A stretch of DNA of 57,696 bases, filler included, from Streblomastix strix (Eukaryota), in assembly GCA_008636045.1 (NCBI GenBank). It is 2 parts of 2 records of this genome, joined end to end, with 100 filler letters (N's around TTAATTAATTAA, not from the genome) between each part and the next. Parts side by side here need not be neighbours in the genome. Positions count along the whole stretch, not along the records: positions 1 to 28,820 come from SNRW01000113.1; positions 28,921 to 57,696 come from SNRW01000114.1. One strand, given 5' to 3'. The notes below the pieces were generated by a model. It had not been told where the DNA came from. It was given only the letters and a program-made list of their open reading frames with translations, and did no database searches. Each line of letters opens with the position of its first letter. Positions within the stretch are counted from its first letter, which is position 1. This document shows, piece after piece, positions 25,201-38,600 of this stretch. The position numbers and the translations under genes are program-made.

Positions 25201-27607
25201 TTTTGGTGTTCCTTTTTAAATAATAATTTCTATTATTTCAATCATTTCTTATTTTGTTTCATCTATGGGTGTGCGAGAGATTAAATTAACTAGTTCGCAA
25301 GCAAATCCAGTTGTAATACTTTGATAAGTGTATTTTTCTTCAACAATATTCTAGCGAGTAATTAAAACTACATCATTTATAATTTCTTTTGTAATTGAAT
25401 TCATTTCTTCTGAAATTTCAGCTTATTCAACAGTTTGAACAGATCTTATTGCTCGTAATGCTTCTGCGAACTTTTCAAATATATTTTATGAAGAAGGTTT
25501 TACTTTTAACAATTTAATTTCTTCTTTAATTTCATTAAGTTATTAAATAGTTACAGGTTATATTTCTAATAATTATGTTTATTAGAATTTTTTATTTCTT
25601 TCTAAATCTTTTTAATTTTGGGTTTCTTCAAATATAATAATATTCTTCTTGATTTATTCAATTTCAATTATAATTTAAGTTGAAGGGCGTTTGTTATAGT
25701 CCTGAAAATATAAATTGATTGAAAAATAATTTAATTTACTTATAAATTAAATTAATTAAAAATAATTAAATAATAAAATTATTTGATTATTAGAATTCAA
25801 ACTGGATTTAACATTGCAGTTATTTTTTCATTAAGTTCATTAAAAACCCCAAATGGTAAAGGTTCATAATCACCATTTTTAATCTTTTCAATCATCTCCT
25901 AATCTGATGATGCAGAAAATGGATATTAACCTGTAATCAGTTCATATATGCAAACTCCAACTGCGAAGACATCTGAAGATAAAGTCATCCTTAATAAAAA
26001 AATGAAATAATAATTGTTTTTTTGCAATAAAAATATAATTATAACATACTTTCCTGTTAGCCAAACTTCTGCAGCTTAATATTTTCTATATTAATTATAA
26101 TAAACATTAAAATTAATATTTAAAATTAGTTTTAAAAAATAAATTCTATTTACAAACTTTGTACCAGCAACAGTAGCAAAACCTTCTACTGAGATATCTT
26201 TGGCTAACCCGAAATCACCTGAAAAATAAGAAAAATATTAATAAATGTAATGTGATAATGTAATTAATCAATCGAATTCAAATATAAAAATTATTACCTA
26301 ATCGAGCTGTTCCATCTTCCATAATAAAGATATTGGCTGGTTTGATATCTCTATGAATAATTCCTTTTGAATGCATGAAGTCAACGGCTTTGATAATCTG
26401 TGCAAAAAGAGCCCATACGCGCTGTTTTATAATATATATAACAATAAATATTAATAAATCAAAATAATATTAATATATATAATAATTAATATAAACATAC
26501 ATTTAATCGTTCTTCTTCTGGTAATAATTATAAATCTTTGATAACTTTTTTCAAGTCTCCAAGCTCGCAATAGTCAGTTATCATATATAATTCAAATCTG
26601 TCTACAAAAGCCCAAATCAAACGAACCTTAAAAATAAAAAGTAAATATAAAAAATATTATTATTTTAATAATAAATGAAAAAAAAGCGATTAAAGCAAAC
26701 AGTATAGCGTGACGACAGTTTCTGCATAATTTCAGCTTCTTGATCAGCTCTTTTTTTATCATTATCCTCCAAATAGTCCACTTCAATAAATAATTAAATG
26801 TATAATTTAATAAATTGTGAAATCAACCAAATTTTCAAACCTCGCTTCATCACATATTATTTCCCAGTCAATTTCAGTAGCACTAAAAATGTCTTACCCA
26901 TTGCACCACCAGAAAGCTTCTTCATAATGTCAACTGAAAAAGATTAATAAATAAAATAGAAATAAATCAGAATATAAAATAATTCATACAATCTTCATAT
27001 GTTGGGGTTTCAAAAAGCAAATTGTGCCTAAACAAATAATATCCAAATAATTTTTTAAAAAAATTAAAATTGAATAAAAAAGTATTTAATTATCAAACCA
27101 TGAAGAAGCAGAAGTATTTACAGATATTACTGATTAAATTGATGAAAAAGATTACAATGACTTATGAGAATGATCTGTATAAAAAGGATTGGTTAAATCT
27201 TCAGGTGAATTGGTTTCAATATTTTATTTATATTTTGAATGATGCGATTATTAAGATTGTTAAGATTATTTAGAATGACAAGAATACGTTGCATCACTTA
27301 TATTATCAGGTACTTTTGTTTCTTATCCATGTTTAGATCCTGAAATAAGTGATTTATTTTCCTAATTTGAAATATTTGATTATGCTAAATACGCTTAGAC
27401 TTGATCTTCTGATTGTTCACCATTAAAGGGTAGTAAATATTCCTATGGCACTTTTCCAATCAAGCTGTTCTTCTCAATCGTATAATACTCAATTTCTTTT
27501 TTGATCACTCGCACAATTTCTCCTTTTGTTACTGAAATAAATTAAGGATTACTATCCTGTCCAGCATAATCCCTAATTACTTCGTATTATTCATCGATTT
27601 GCGCCAT
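19253..27607 (-). CDS. SH3 domain + NEK-like Ser/Thr kinase + long ARM-like repeat array (multi-exon)
   Basis: ATG27607. SH3: YEVIRDYAGQ...FISVTKGEIVRVI...GKVPQEYL. Kinase motifs across short introns: LSGGAMGKTFLV, YVMKRV, DYCELGDL, IIHRDIKPANIF, LGDFGLAK, AGTKKYQAAEVW, SSDVFAVGV, PDYNKRPS. Repeated GQQHP...KSLPLP...AECP|DNHDAIL units follow. Stop TGA19253. Confidence 0.9.
19260..21400 (-). repeat. Three ~740-bp intragenic tandem units, each carrying an intron at the same position
   Basis: ~19598-19858 is essentially identical to ~21081-21341 (offset 1483), including intron sequence. The middle unit (~19880-20650) is more diverged. Confidence 0.9.
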
Positions 27608-28147
27608 TATTCTGGAGTATTTATAAGAATTTAAGAATAAATTATAAAATAATAATAAAATATAGAGAAAAAATTATATTGTCTTTTTTTTTGATCAGTA
27701 CTACAACATCATTCATTTATTAATTTCTTGAAATGTGAAAAAATATTAATTATATTTGTAAATTAAGTAATAAAATAAACTTGAAATGTAAAATATCGCA
27801 TTATAACGCGGCTAGGATGGATTTTATTGAAGAAAAAATTTTTAGTTTTGAGTGATAGAATATTATTAGTAGATGTTATAATTTAAATAATAAATATAAT
27901 GTGTGATGAATTTATTAGTTATAAGTTTGCATTAATATTCCAATTTTATAATTTGCATAACGAGTTATTCTGTGTTTTTTATAAATTTTGCAGTTATCCA
28001 ACCGTAATTTCCTTGAATGAATAATTTTAGTGTTTAATTAGCTGTAAATGTACGGAAAGGTAATAATTTGTGGAAAAAATGGAGTTTGAATTCCTTGAAA
28101 ATAAAATAATCCAGTTCGTAAATTAATTGAATTTTTTTTTCAAAAAT

Positions 28148-28820
28148 TCAAGAAGCGATTTGATTTTATTTAAATTTAATTTATTTCAAGTTTATTATAA
28201 ATAATCTACATCTAAACAAGTCTCTGAATACATCATAAGTCCTTCTCTTTTGACCATATTCTAATCCAGCTCTAGTAGAACCAAATCCCAATTTATCATC
28301 TTTTGCTAATATTTTTATCTCAACTGGAGGCGGTTGTCTCAATTTCTGCGCATCAACATCAACATTCACTGGGAATTGCTCCAATGATTGATACCCAGGA
28401 ACTGGCTTACCAATAACATGTGATATTGATCCCACTGTATATTTCATCAGTGATACATCAGAACCCATTTTAGCAGATGGTTTCGGACGATCAGATACAA
28501 TTGCAGTAGTTAAAATAATAACAGCATCTTCAGGGATAACATTCTCACCTTCTTATGGTTCATATTGTTCATTGTCATCACCGCTTGATTCAACACAAGA
28601 TTAAATACCATCTGTTTATTCAGAACCAGTTCCTGCTGCATCTGCACGTTCTTATGCTCTCATTCCACGAAGAATAGCTTTTAAAGCTGCTGTTGTCAGA
28701 AGTTATCTGTAGAATCTTGATCTCTCACGAACATCTGTATATGTATCAAAACGAGCTAGATTCATAGCATGAAGGAATAAACGGGCGATTGTTACTCCGA
28801 TTGAAGCCTAAATGATCTTT
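28148..28820 (-). CDS. AP3B: AP-3 adaptor complex beta subunit, C-terminal trunk fragment (5'-partial at gap)
   Basis: AMNLARFDTYTDVRERSRFYRQLL and YTVGSISHVIGKPVPGYQSLEQFP match the AP3B motifs LxxYDxxYDIRDRxRFxRQL and FxLGxLSHxLxxxxxGYxxLxxWP. Frame closes at TGA28148. Confidence 0.8.
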
Positions 28821-28920
28821 NNNNNNNNNNNNNNNNNNNNNNNNNNNNNNNNNNNNNNNNNNNNTTAATTAATTAANNNNNNNNNNNNNNNNNNNNNNNN
28901 NNNNNNNNNNNNNNNNNNNN
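28821..28920. other. Assembly gap / artificial linker (N44-TTAATTAATTAA-N44)
   Basis: Symmetric N runs around a palindromic 12-mer that gives TAA in all six frames; typical of synthetic contig joins. Confidence 0.9.
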
Positions 28921-29245
28921 ATAAACAGAGGAAAAATAAGAAAAAAAATAAGAATAAGAATAAGAATAATAACAAGTGTAAGAGTAAGAATAAAAATAAA
29001 AATAAGAATAAAAACAAGAATTAAATAAAGAAAAATAGAATATAATGATAATTGATGAAGAAACGGAAGATGAAATATAAATAGGGGAAAAATAAGAATA
29101 AAAATAAAATTAAGAATAATAACAAGTGTAAGAGTAAGAATAAAAATAAAAACAAGAATTAAATAAAGAAAAATAGAATATAATGATAATTGATGAAGAA
29201 ACGGAAGATGAAATATAAACAGAGGAAAAATAAGAATAGAAATAA
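28921..29245 (+). repeat. ~140-155-bp coding tandem repeat (E/Q/K-rich)
   Basis: The block AAGAATAATAACAAGTGTAAGAGTAAG...GATAATTGATGAAGAAACGGAAGATGAAATATAAA occurs twice, with a partial third unit; it abuts the gap. Confidence 0.85.
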
Positions 29246-31477
29246 AATTAAGAAACAAATGAGGATGAAATTGAAAAGGAGTAAAAAGTGAATAAAACAT
29301 TAATGCTTAAAGATTAAATCCTATATAATGATCAAGGAAAGAATGAATTATTTGAAAATAATTAAAAAGAAAAATAAATAATAGAATTGAAATAAATTGA
29401 ATAGAATGATTAATAGAAAGAAAATAATTTAATTAATACAAAGAAGAATAAGAAAAACAGAAAAAGAAACAAAATTAATTCCAAAAAATCTCGCAAGAAA
29501 AAGAGAAAGAATAAAAATATAGATAAATAAATTGTTAATTAAGAAAATGATAAATAAAATAATTAATAAAATACAATTACAAATTTAGATATTAATTAAG
29601 ATGCTTAATAAATACCACCACATCAATCTATTTCAGAAATTTTAAATAATTTTCAAAAATATTTGGACGAACTGAATTAAATAAGTAATATTTAAGGAAT
29701 TTCAAGTGAAAAAGTGAATAAAGATGGTTCAGTTAATAGTGAATTATAATCACAATAACAAACACAACAGAATTAAATTTAACCTCTTCTTCTTTAATAA
29801 GACAATTTATAATAGCTTTTAACACAACCATAATTAATTCTTTCTAATTAAGTTCCTTTAAATTTAAATACTTCTGATACTTAATTAACAGTGTTATAAT
29901 CATAATAATAAATAAATGGAAAATAAGAACAAAAAAAAGAAGGAGATGAATCTTCATCTTCATAATTCTCATCAAATGCAACATAACCTATTTCTTAATT
30001 CAAACCATTTATTAATGTTAGTAATATTAATGCACAGTAATAAATATAATCTTCATCTTCATCATCTTTAAATACTTCTAATTAATCAATAGAATAAAAT
30101 CTCCCAAAAATATTACATAATGATTCACTTCATGATAAATTAATAAAATTATAATAAACTAAATTGAAAAGGTAGTTGAAAAACAATTCAAATCATTTAA
30201 TTGAAAAGAAATTATTTGACACATAATCAAACCCACTCATAAATAAATAAATTATTAAAAAGGACAGACTTCTATTCTCAATAGATCCTATTTTTACACA
30301 AATGAATGAAATAAAGAATGATTCTTCACTTTAATAATTATTTATTAATCTTGATTCTCTCTCATTCTTCAAGCCATCTATAATAACTAAATTATTAATT
30401 GAAGAATAAAATATAGATATTTAATAGAAGATCAATAATGAGAGTAATAATAAAAAAGAAATGGAAAAAGATTAAAATAAAGAGAAAGAGAATGAAAAAG
30501 ATAAAGATAAAGATTAAGAACAACTAAAAGAAAAAAATATTAACTATTAATAAAATTTGACTAATATTAATTAAAATATTATTAATTAGCCAATTCCTTA
30601 AATTCAATAATAAGAATAAAATTTCTTTTCTACTTATTTAGATTTAACAGGAGTCTCCATTTCAACTCCTCCACAAACAACTCAATAATCAAATCAATCA
30701 ACTTTCTCTTCAAATGATAATCAATCTCAACAACAATTATAGTAACAGTAATAACCAATAATATAATAGCATTCATCATCTTCATTATAACTTAATCCTC
30801 ATTTACATCTTGATCCTCCGCCAATATCATTTATTGATTGGTAATTAATTAGAAAGTATTTAGGAATATAACAAGGTAACAATTAATAAGTAAACAATGG
30901 AGAATTTTAATAATTGAATACTCTATAAGAAATGAACGCAATTTGTTTTAAATCAGTTGTTGGTGTTGTTGTTGAATGTGCATATTCTAAAAAAAGTTTT
31001 AATGGAGGGAAAAAGAATACAAATAAAAACAGCAGAGATTTACAAATGAATTAAAATAAGTCACTTAATTATAGTTCAATTAATTTACAATTTGAAAATG
31101 GAATAAAAATGGAAACAATGAAAAGAGAAGATATAAAAATATTAAAAAGGAGAAGATAAAATGAGAATAAGAAGAAAGAGAAAGATCAATAAATGAATTA
31201 AGATATAAGAAACGAAGATAATAATAATTAATAAAAAGAGAGAAATAAATAAATAGATTGAAATAAATAAAAATAAGATGATGAATAGGAATATGAGGAT
31301 GAATTTGATTATATTTTAGATTAGAAAGAGAATAATTGGGAAGAAAATAGTATTTGGTACATCGCAGTTAGGATGATTGATGATTCTTACTTCTCTTAAT
31401 AGAATTATTTTGATATTTTAAGAGAATTGGAATAAAGCAAAATATAAAATAAAAGTTAAAATAAAAACAAATAAATC

Positions 31478-31553
<76 letters not shown>

Positions 31554-34500
31554 TGTCTTTTAATTAATGACATATTGTGGATCACTTTGTGAGATTTAAC
31601 ATTTTCTTCTCTCCATAATATTTTAGATCATAGTAAGGTGAAATATTAAGAAAGATTAAACCTGGATGTGTGTTAAGTTTAAATTAATATAAAATGTCAT
31701 TCTATGACAGAAAACATTGGTCAGGAATGCTTAAATTAGGACAATAATAAATATTATAACTACTTGATGCAGATGAAGTAAAGAAAGCTATTTTATATTA
31801 TAAGAGAGAAAGAGAAATTAAAGAATAAATAGTTAAAGAAGGAAATGAAGAAAAGAATATAAATCAAAATATAAGAAACAATTCATACTCAAAATAATCT
31901 AATAATAATAATTAATTTAAAGATAATAATAATAACTCGAAATCACCATTTTAATTTCCAGGAAGAGCAATTACTCCAACAACAAAGAGTAAATTATAGT
32001 TAAATAAGAAATATTAAGTTTTACCAACTCCAATATCCCAGAGAAATATTAGTTTGAATTAAGTACAAGTATAAAATAAGAATATTAATAATGATACAAA
32101 TCAACATTCATATATTAGTATGTTAATTCCAAATACTTTTAGAATAGAAGAAGAAATAAGAATAAAAGAATAAACCGAGTCATTCAATTAAATGACTGAT
32201 ATGGAACAAAGATTAACAGAAAGAATTAAACTATTAACAAAAATAATCATTTCATACCGGAGAAATTAATAATAATAACATTAATTCACATCATCTAATC
32301 TGAATAATTATAATAAAAATTTAAATACTACCAATAATATTAATGAACATGATATTCTTCATTATTCATTCATATCAATTTGGTCTCAATCTTTAGATCC
32401 TTCTTTTTATTCAAATTCAGAACCTTATTGGAAACCTTCAATTATTATGAGAGAATAAGAATATTAAAATAGAAATTAATAGAATTAAAATAATTATCAA
32501 CAATAACAATTGCAATAACATTAATAACAATAGTGATTAGAATAGTAACATCAATAATAATAATCAATAAGGTTACCTTCTCCATCTTTAAATCCATAAT
32601 TATAATTATAATAATAATAATAATAGAATATATATTAAAGTGATGTTGTTGGGTTAATAATATTGGTTCATTCTCCTTATTTGTGTTTATTTGACCCATT
32701 TTCACCTTTTGGCTTTGACTTAAATATTATTAAAATTGTTAATAATGATAAACTGATGAATATTTAGAGTAATAACTAATGGAATAACATATAATAAAAC
32801 GATTAATTAGGAGAAGATTAAGGAGACGAAGAAATAAATGAAAAAAGGCATAAAATGTCTTTGGCATTGACTTTTAAAGAAGGATAATGGTTTCATGGAA
32901 TGAATCTTGCATAAGAAAGAAATAATTAATTATAAAATAATATATCTGGATTTAACTCAGCAAATTAATTGTTATAATCTTCATCATCATCTTCATCATT
33001 ATAAACAGATAAATAAATACCACTTTTTGTTTCTATTGTTGCTGAAGCTCGTTCTAGAATAATTTCTCTAAGAATGTTGATTTAATAGAAAAGAGATTAA
33101 AAAGAAGAAAGAATAAGAAAGAGAAAATAGCAGAAAAAGAATAAATAAAATGTTTAATAAAATTAAGAATAAGAAATAAATGAAAATATCAATAACGATA
33201 ATAAGAATAAAAAAACTCTATTAGATTAAAATATGATAAAGAAAGATATTAATAAGAAATTAACTAATCATTAAAATTCAATTCATCCTCCATTACACAC
33301 TTCATATAAATTTTCATCTTTGATTTAATAAAAAAAGTAACTTCAATCATCAAAGTAATCAATACTTTAAAATAGTGTTAATATAAAACAAAATAAGTCT
33401 TAATAATCAATTCACACATTATCGCAAACCTCTCAAAACTCCTAATCCTCTTAATCATAACCATATTCATCTTAGAATAATACTGAAATATAAAACAAAT
33501 ATCTTCCTATTCCTTGTTATAATATGCATTTATAAAGGAATATGCCAATTAGCTCTTCTTTATTATATAACAAATTAGGAAAGAAAATATCTTAAGGTAA
33601 TTTACTGTTAAATCCATAATATTATATGGAGAAGATTCCTGCTATTTCAACAACTGCATTAGAATACTTTATTTAAAATTAACATTTAATCTCTTAATCT
33701 TATTAATCATAATAATCATCATCGTTATCTCCTTAAATATAATCATCATAATCTCATCAATATTAATAATATCCAATTCAATTCTTCTCATAACTTCCTC
33801 CAATACCTCAACATTTCATTAATTTATTAAATGTAAATCCTCTTCATTTTGATTAAGATAATTTAATATTATTCTCACATTATATTAATTTAAAAAAAAC
33901 AGACTTATACGCAACAAATTTATAGTATATAATAGAAAATATTTATATTTCAGATAACTGTTATCCTAATTAATAATTTATTAATCAATTAAAAAGAAAT
34001 GCATTACATTTAATAGATGAAACTAATAAAGGATTTAAAGATGATTAAATTAGATTAATAAGAAGAGATACAAATGAATAAGAGATTGAAAACCAGAATA
34101 GAATGGATATAAATAAGGATTAAAATTAGGAAGAAACAAACGAAACTAATAAACAACATTAATCACTGAAAGATAAAGAGATGTAATAACCTTTATTAAA
34201 TAATAATTAAATTCAAGATAAATAATAAACAAATTCTGAGAATTTTGATTCATAAGATAAAACATTATCTGATATGTCAATCAATATGTAACCAATAAAA
34301 AGAAAAAGGGGAACAGAAGATAATAATGAAAATGAGAAAGATACTCATATTGAATAAAGTTATGATAAATAAATATAGCAAGACAATAATTAAGACTTAT
34401 AAACAAATAATGACAATAATTAACTGAATGATCATAAACTAACTGGTGATAAGAGTAAAATATTAAGAAAAAGAAGAAGAATTCAGAGTGAAGATAAAGA

Positions 34501-35335
34501 GTCTTAAAACATTACAAAAATCTAATTATTTAATAAATCTAATAAAAAATAATCTGGAGATATTGAATAAAGTCAACATTCAGAATCAGATTCATTTAAT
34601 CGTCCTCTTTTTGTTAATACTCAACCATATAATTTATATTAAACTTCACTTATTCCACTTGAACCTCATAGAATATTAGCCAATTATTCTTTATTTGGTG
34701 TTGGTAACCAATAGAATTAATAGTTATAAAGGCACTTATTGTTAAGGCAAAATGTATAATAGTAATAATAGCAAAATTAAGTTAAATTATTAAAGAATAA
34801 GAAAATAAAAAAGAAACATAATAAAATTGAAAAAGAATCTCAATTTTAATTAGATGAGAATAATAATAATAATAATTAGAAGATTTAGTAGAGTAATGAT
34901 AATGATGTTCAAATTAGAACACCTGCCCAGAGAAACAATTCAGGATCTTTAACAACCCAAGATGCACTTTAATTGATTACAAAATATTAGAAGAAGAAGA
35001 AACACACTTAGCATAAAGAAAGAAAGAATACAAATTCAAAACAAAAATAATCTCACCATTCTACTCTGAAGAAATTAAAAATTGGATAATCAACATTTAA
35101 TCTACAAATTGACAAAGATAATATAAATATTCCTCATTAAGAAGGAGAATTTATGCCTCCTCCAATAGATTCATAACATTCTGCAGACGTTGGGAGCTCT
35201 TCTATTGACAAATAATCATTAACACCAGTGATTCTTGCTTAGCATATAAGCCAGCACATCTCATAGTCGAACTCTCAAATGCACTCAGACCAAAGTGAAG
35301 AATCAACTCATCAAGAGTAAAACAAATCAACTTGA
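28922..35335 (+). CDS. Giant POT1/TEBP-alpha-like OB-fold protein with Q/N-rich insertions (5'-partial; 3 in-frame TGA)
   Basis: One frame for ~2137 codons with no frameshift. OB1-like strands in order: KSVVGVVVECAYSKKS / WYIAVRMIDDS / VRFNIFF / KIKPGCVLSLNQYKMSFY. OB2-like: YQSDVVGLIILV...LCLFDP / LFVSIVAE. Internal TGA at 31259, 31568, 32534. Confidence 0.6.
31478..31552 (+). repeat. (AAT)25 microsatellite encoding poly-Asn
   Basis: Direct reading; in frame as AAT within the POT1-like ORF. Confidence 0.95.
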
Positions 35336-35633
35336 TTTGAGTGAATTTTTATCTTGTAAAATAAATTATATTTTATTTTATTTGTTATTTTATAATAAAG
35401 ATGATTTGCACACTGAAAAATAATACAATCAACGTCTTTCGAACCAGCACTCTCAAGTTCAAAATAAATTGTTAATTAATATAAGTAGCAAATTATTTTA
35501 TATAATTCATTTAATAATTTACAATTATAAAAATAATTAAGCTAGATAATCAATTTTTTTTGAAATATGATGATTTCTTGAAATTTTAAACATTTAACTT
35601 AATTTAAAATAAATTTTTCTTTATTAATTCAGA

Positions 35634-38600
35634 ATGCCGTTTAATCTTGCTGTATCGCCGCCTTCGGCTTAGTTCACGCAGTACCGCGTTGGCGGAAAAT
35701 ACCCTTTCTATTTTACCGTTACGAACAGCGAGCCAACCTCAGTTCATGTTCGTATAGTTCCACCTCTAAATGCATGTTTCAAGGTCTGGGAAGTGACTCA
35801 ACTAGAGAGAACAACTGGAAAGGTCGCTCCTGGGCTCAGCGTCAGCTATGAAATTTTATTTACGCCTGAACATCTAGAGCCCATTCATGACAATATTTAA
35901 ATATAGACAGAAAAAGGAAGTACGACATTTTAAATTACAGCATAGTTGGCTCCACCTGTTTTAACTCTTCCTCAGATTCTGGATTGTGGACCATGCTTCA
36001 ATGATAAGTCAAAAATTATTGAAATAAAGTTCAGCAACCTCGGTGGAACAGGAACATTTGCATTTGAACAGCCGGGAATTGAATCAAAGGAAGTAACCCT
36101 AGCAACACTTCATATTGCAAAATCCAATTAAAATGATAACACAAAGAACAAAGGGAAAAGCAATGGAGTTCCAGGATCATATCTTAATACAAAATATTTT
36201 GTAATTGAACCCAAGTATTTCCATCTTGAAAAAGGTGAAGAAGGAACAGTGCGTGTTACTTACTACCCAATGGGAGTGAAGAAAACGAAAAGTCGGATTA
36301 ATGATGAGTCAGATTCTGATTCTATTAATGTAAGTGAAGATGAGAAAGGATCAATTTGTAGTCCTCATGAAATAATGGTCTAATTGAACTGTAATGATTA
36401 TTTAATCTTACCTATATATCTGAAAGGACAGGTATACTTTATTTATCATTTGAATATTCATATTATTTATTGAACTATTCTAATTAATATTCTATTTATC
36501 CTCTAATATCAGAGTATAAGACCTTTTGCATTCATTCCTCTACCTCCTACAACAGCACCACTTCCTTCACTTGATGAATCATAACTTAATATTCTCACTC
36601 AACCATTCATCTTTAGAGCTCCTGTTCCACCTCGTTCTTTATTCTTCACTCAGACTCCATTATATACTTCAAACACACAGGAAAGTTTGATATACTTTTA
36701 TTATAATATTTTATTCTCTTTATTTATTACTCTTAATTATTTATTTCTTTTTATATAATATTATTTTATGTAATATTATTTTATATAATATTATTTTATA
36801 TAATATTATTTACTATATTCGTAGTTCTTGTGTATAATCCATGTCCACTTCCTATTAGATTTAATTGGTTATTTTTAGATGCACCTTTAGATTATATTCG
36901 TGGAACTGATATTAGAATGTTATTATATAATATTGCAACTCGAAGACGTACATAAACTAAATAAATAAATGAAATATCTAATGAATTAAATGATAATGAT
37001 AATCTTATTTTAGAAATGGATTCTATTCTATAAGAAAAGCTTATTGAAGGATTAGATTATTTATAAATAGAGCCTTAAAATGGAATAATCAATGCATTTA
37101 CATAATCAAAGTTTCACATCACATTTACACCCCAACCACCTCAGATATCAAATTAATCAATTTCATAATCAAATAAAGCAAGATCAATTGGAGGAAGAAT
37201 TGGTGAGTAAGGATTCAGAACTAATTATGATTCATGGATGTTTATGTATGCATCAATGTCTACTCTTCCCCCAAATGGATCTTAATCTCCATATTCATTA
37301 TGGGATTAATAAATAACTGATCCATCTGGAGTTAGAGATATTAATAAAGAGAAAGGAATTGTATCTGTGAATGACAAATCATAAAATAAAAATAATTAAT
37401 AAACCACTTCATCACTTTTATAAACAGAAGAAAATAATTAATTCTCATTAGATCCAAATTAATAAGAATAATTAATAGCAGAAACAACAACATCTTCATC
37501 ATCTTAATCTACTTCTTAATCTTCTATTAAATCATTTGGTAGAAAAGGTGAGAATCTTTTATTTACATTACCTGTATCTGGGACATCATCAATTCCTGAT
37601 CTTTCATTAATCCAATAATCAAAGCTTGTTAGTATTCATAATAGTAACTAATTAAATGAAGGAGATGGAAATGCATCAAAATCCAGATCAATAATTAAAT
37701 ATGATTATCCGATAAGTAATGAAAAAGGAACAACTAGATCTTCATTTGGATCATCTGCTCTATCAACTGCATTAACATAATTGTCTTTAATTCCTACAGA
37801 TCCATTACATCCAGTATGTGCACTTAGAATAGAGGAACCTTGTATTGATTTTGGAGTACTTCCTCCAAATAGGTTCAATATAATGAATGTAACCCTTGTT
37901 AATACATCTCCAAATAAAAGATTGAGATATAAATGGAGAATTAGAATAGATGATGAAAAGAAGAGATAAAGATTAGCAAATGAAAAGAATGAAGTTGTTC
38001 CAATAAAGAATTCAGATTAATATCCTGAACCTTAATTTATTCCATTTGTAAATGCTGTATAAGTAATTGAGAAAGTCTTCACTCCAGATGTTGTATAAAT
38101 GATTCTGAATAATAATCCTCTTGAATTATTTGGATTGGGATTATAGAAAGTATAAAATAATTAAGAAGATGACAGTGAAGAGAAAGAATAAGAAGATAAT
38201 AATGATGATCAAAGGCAAAATTTGGTTGTTATTAGAAACACAGCAATTGAATTATATAATGAAATAGAGACCACAAATAGCTATTCAATATATAGAGAAT
38301 AATAATCAGTTGGATTAATGGTTGTATCTTCACCAAATGGAGTAATTGAACCTGGATAAAGTATGGTTCTTAGTGTTGGATTTGCTTGTGTTAATTAACA
38401 TACGATGGATTTACTATCTAGAATTGTTGTAGAAGAAATTGACTCTGATGGGAAATATTAAGAAACAAAGAATAAAGAAGTAGAAGATGAATTAATAGAT
38501 GAAGAGGATAATTAAAATGAATCAAACTCTTTGGTACTCGCACTTTCAGGTGCTGTATTAGTACCAGTTGTTGCAGTTGATCCTCCTTTCCTGTCCCTTG

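Noticed and set aside
31259..32536. Selenocysteine explanation for the internal TGAs
   Set aside because: They are in low-complexity loops rather than redox motifs, the proteins are not selenoprotein families, and I saw no SECIS-like element (not formally searched).
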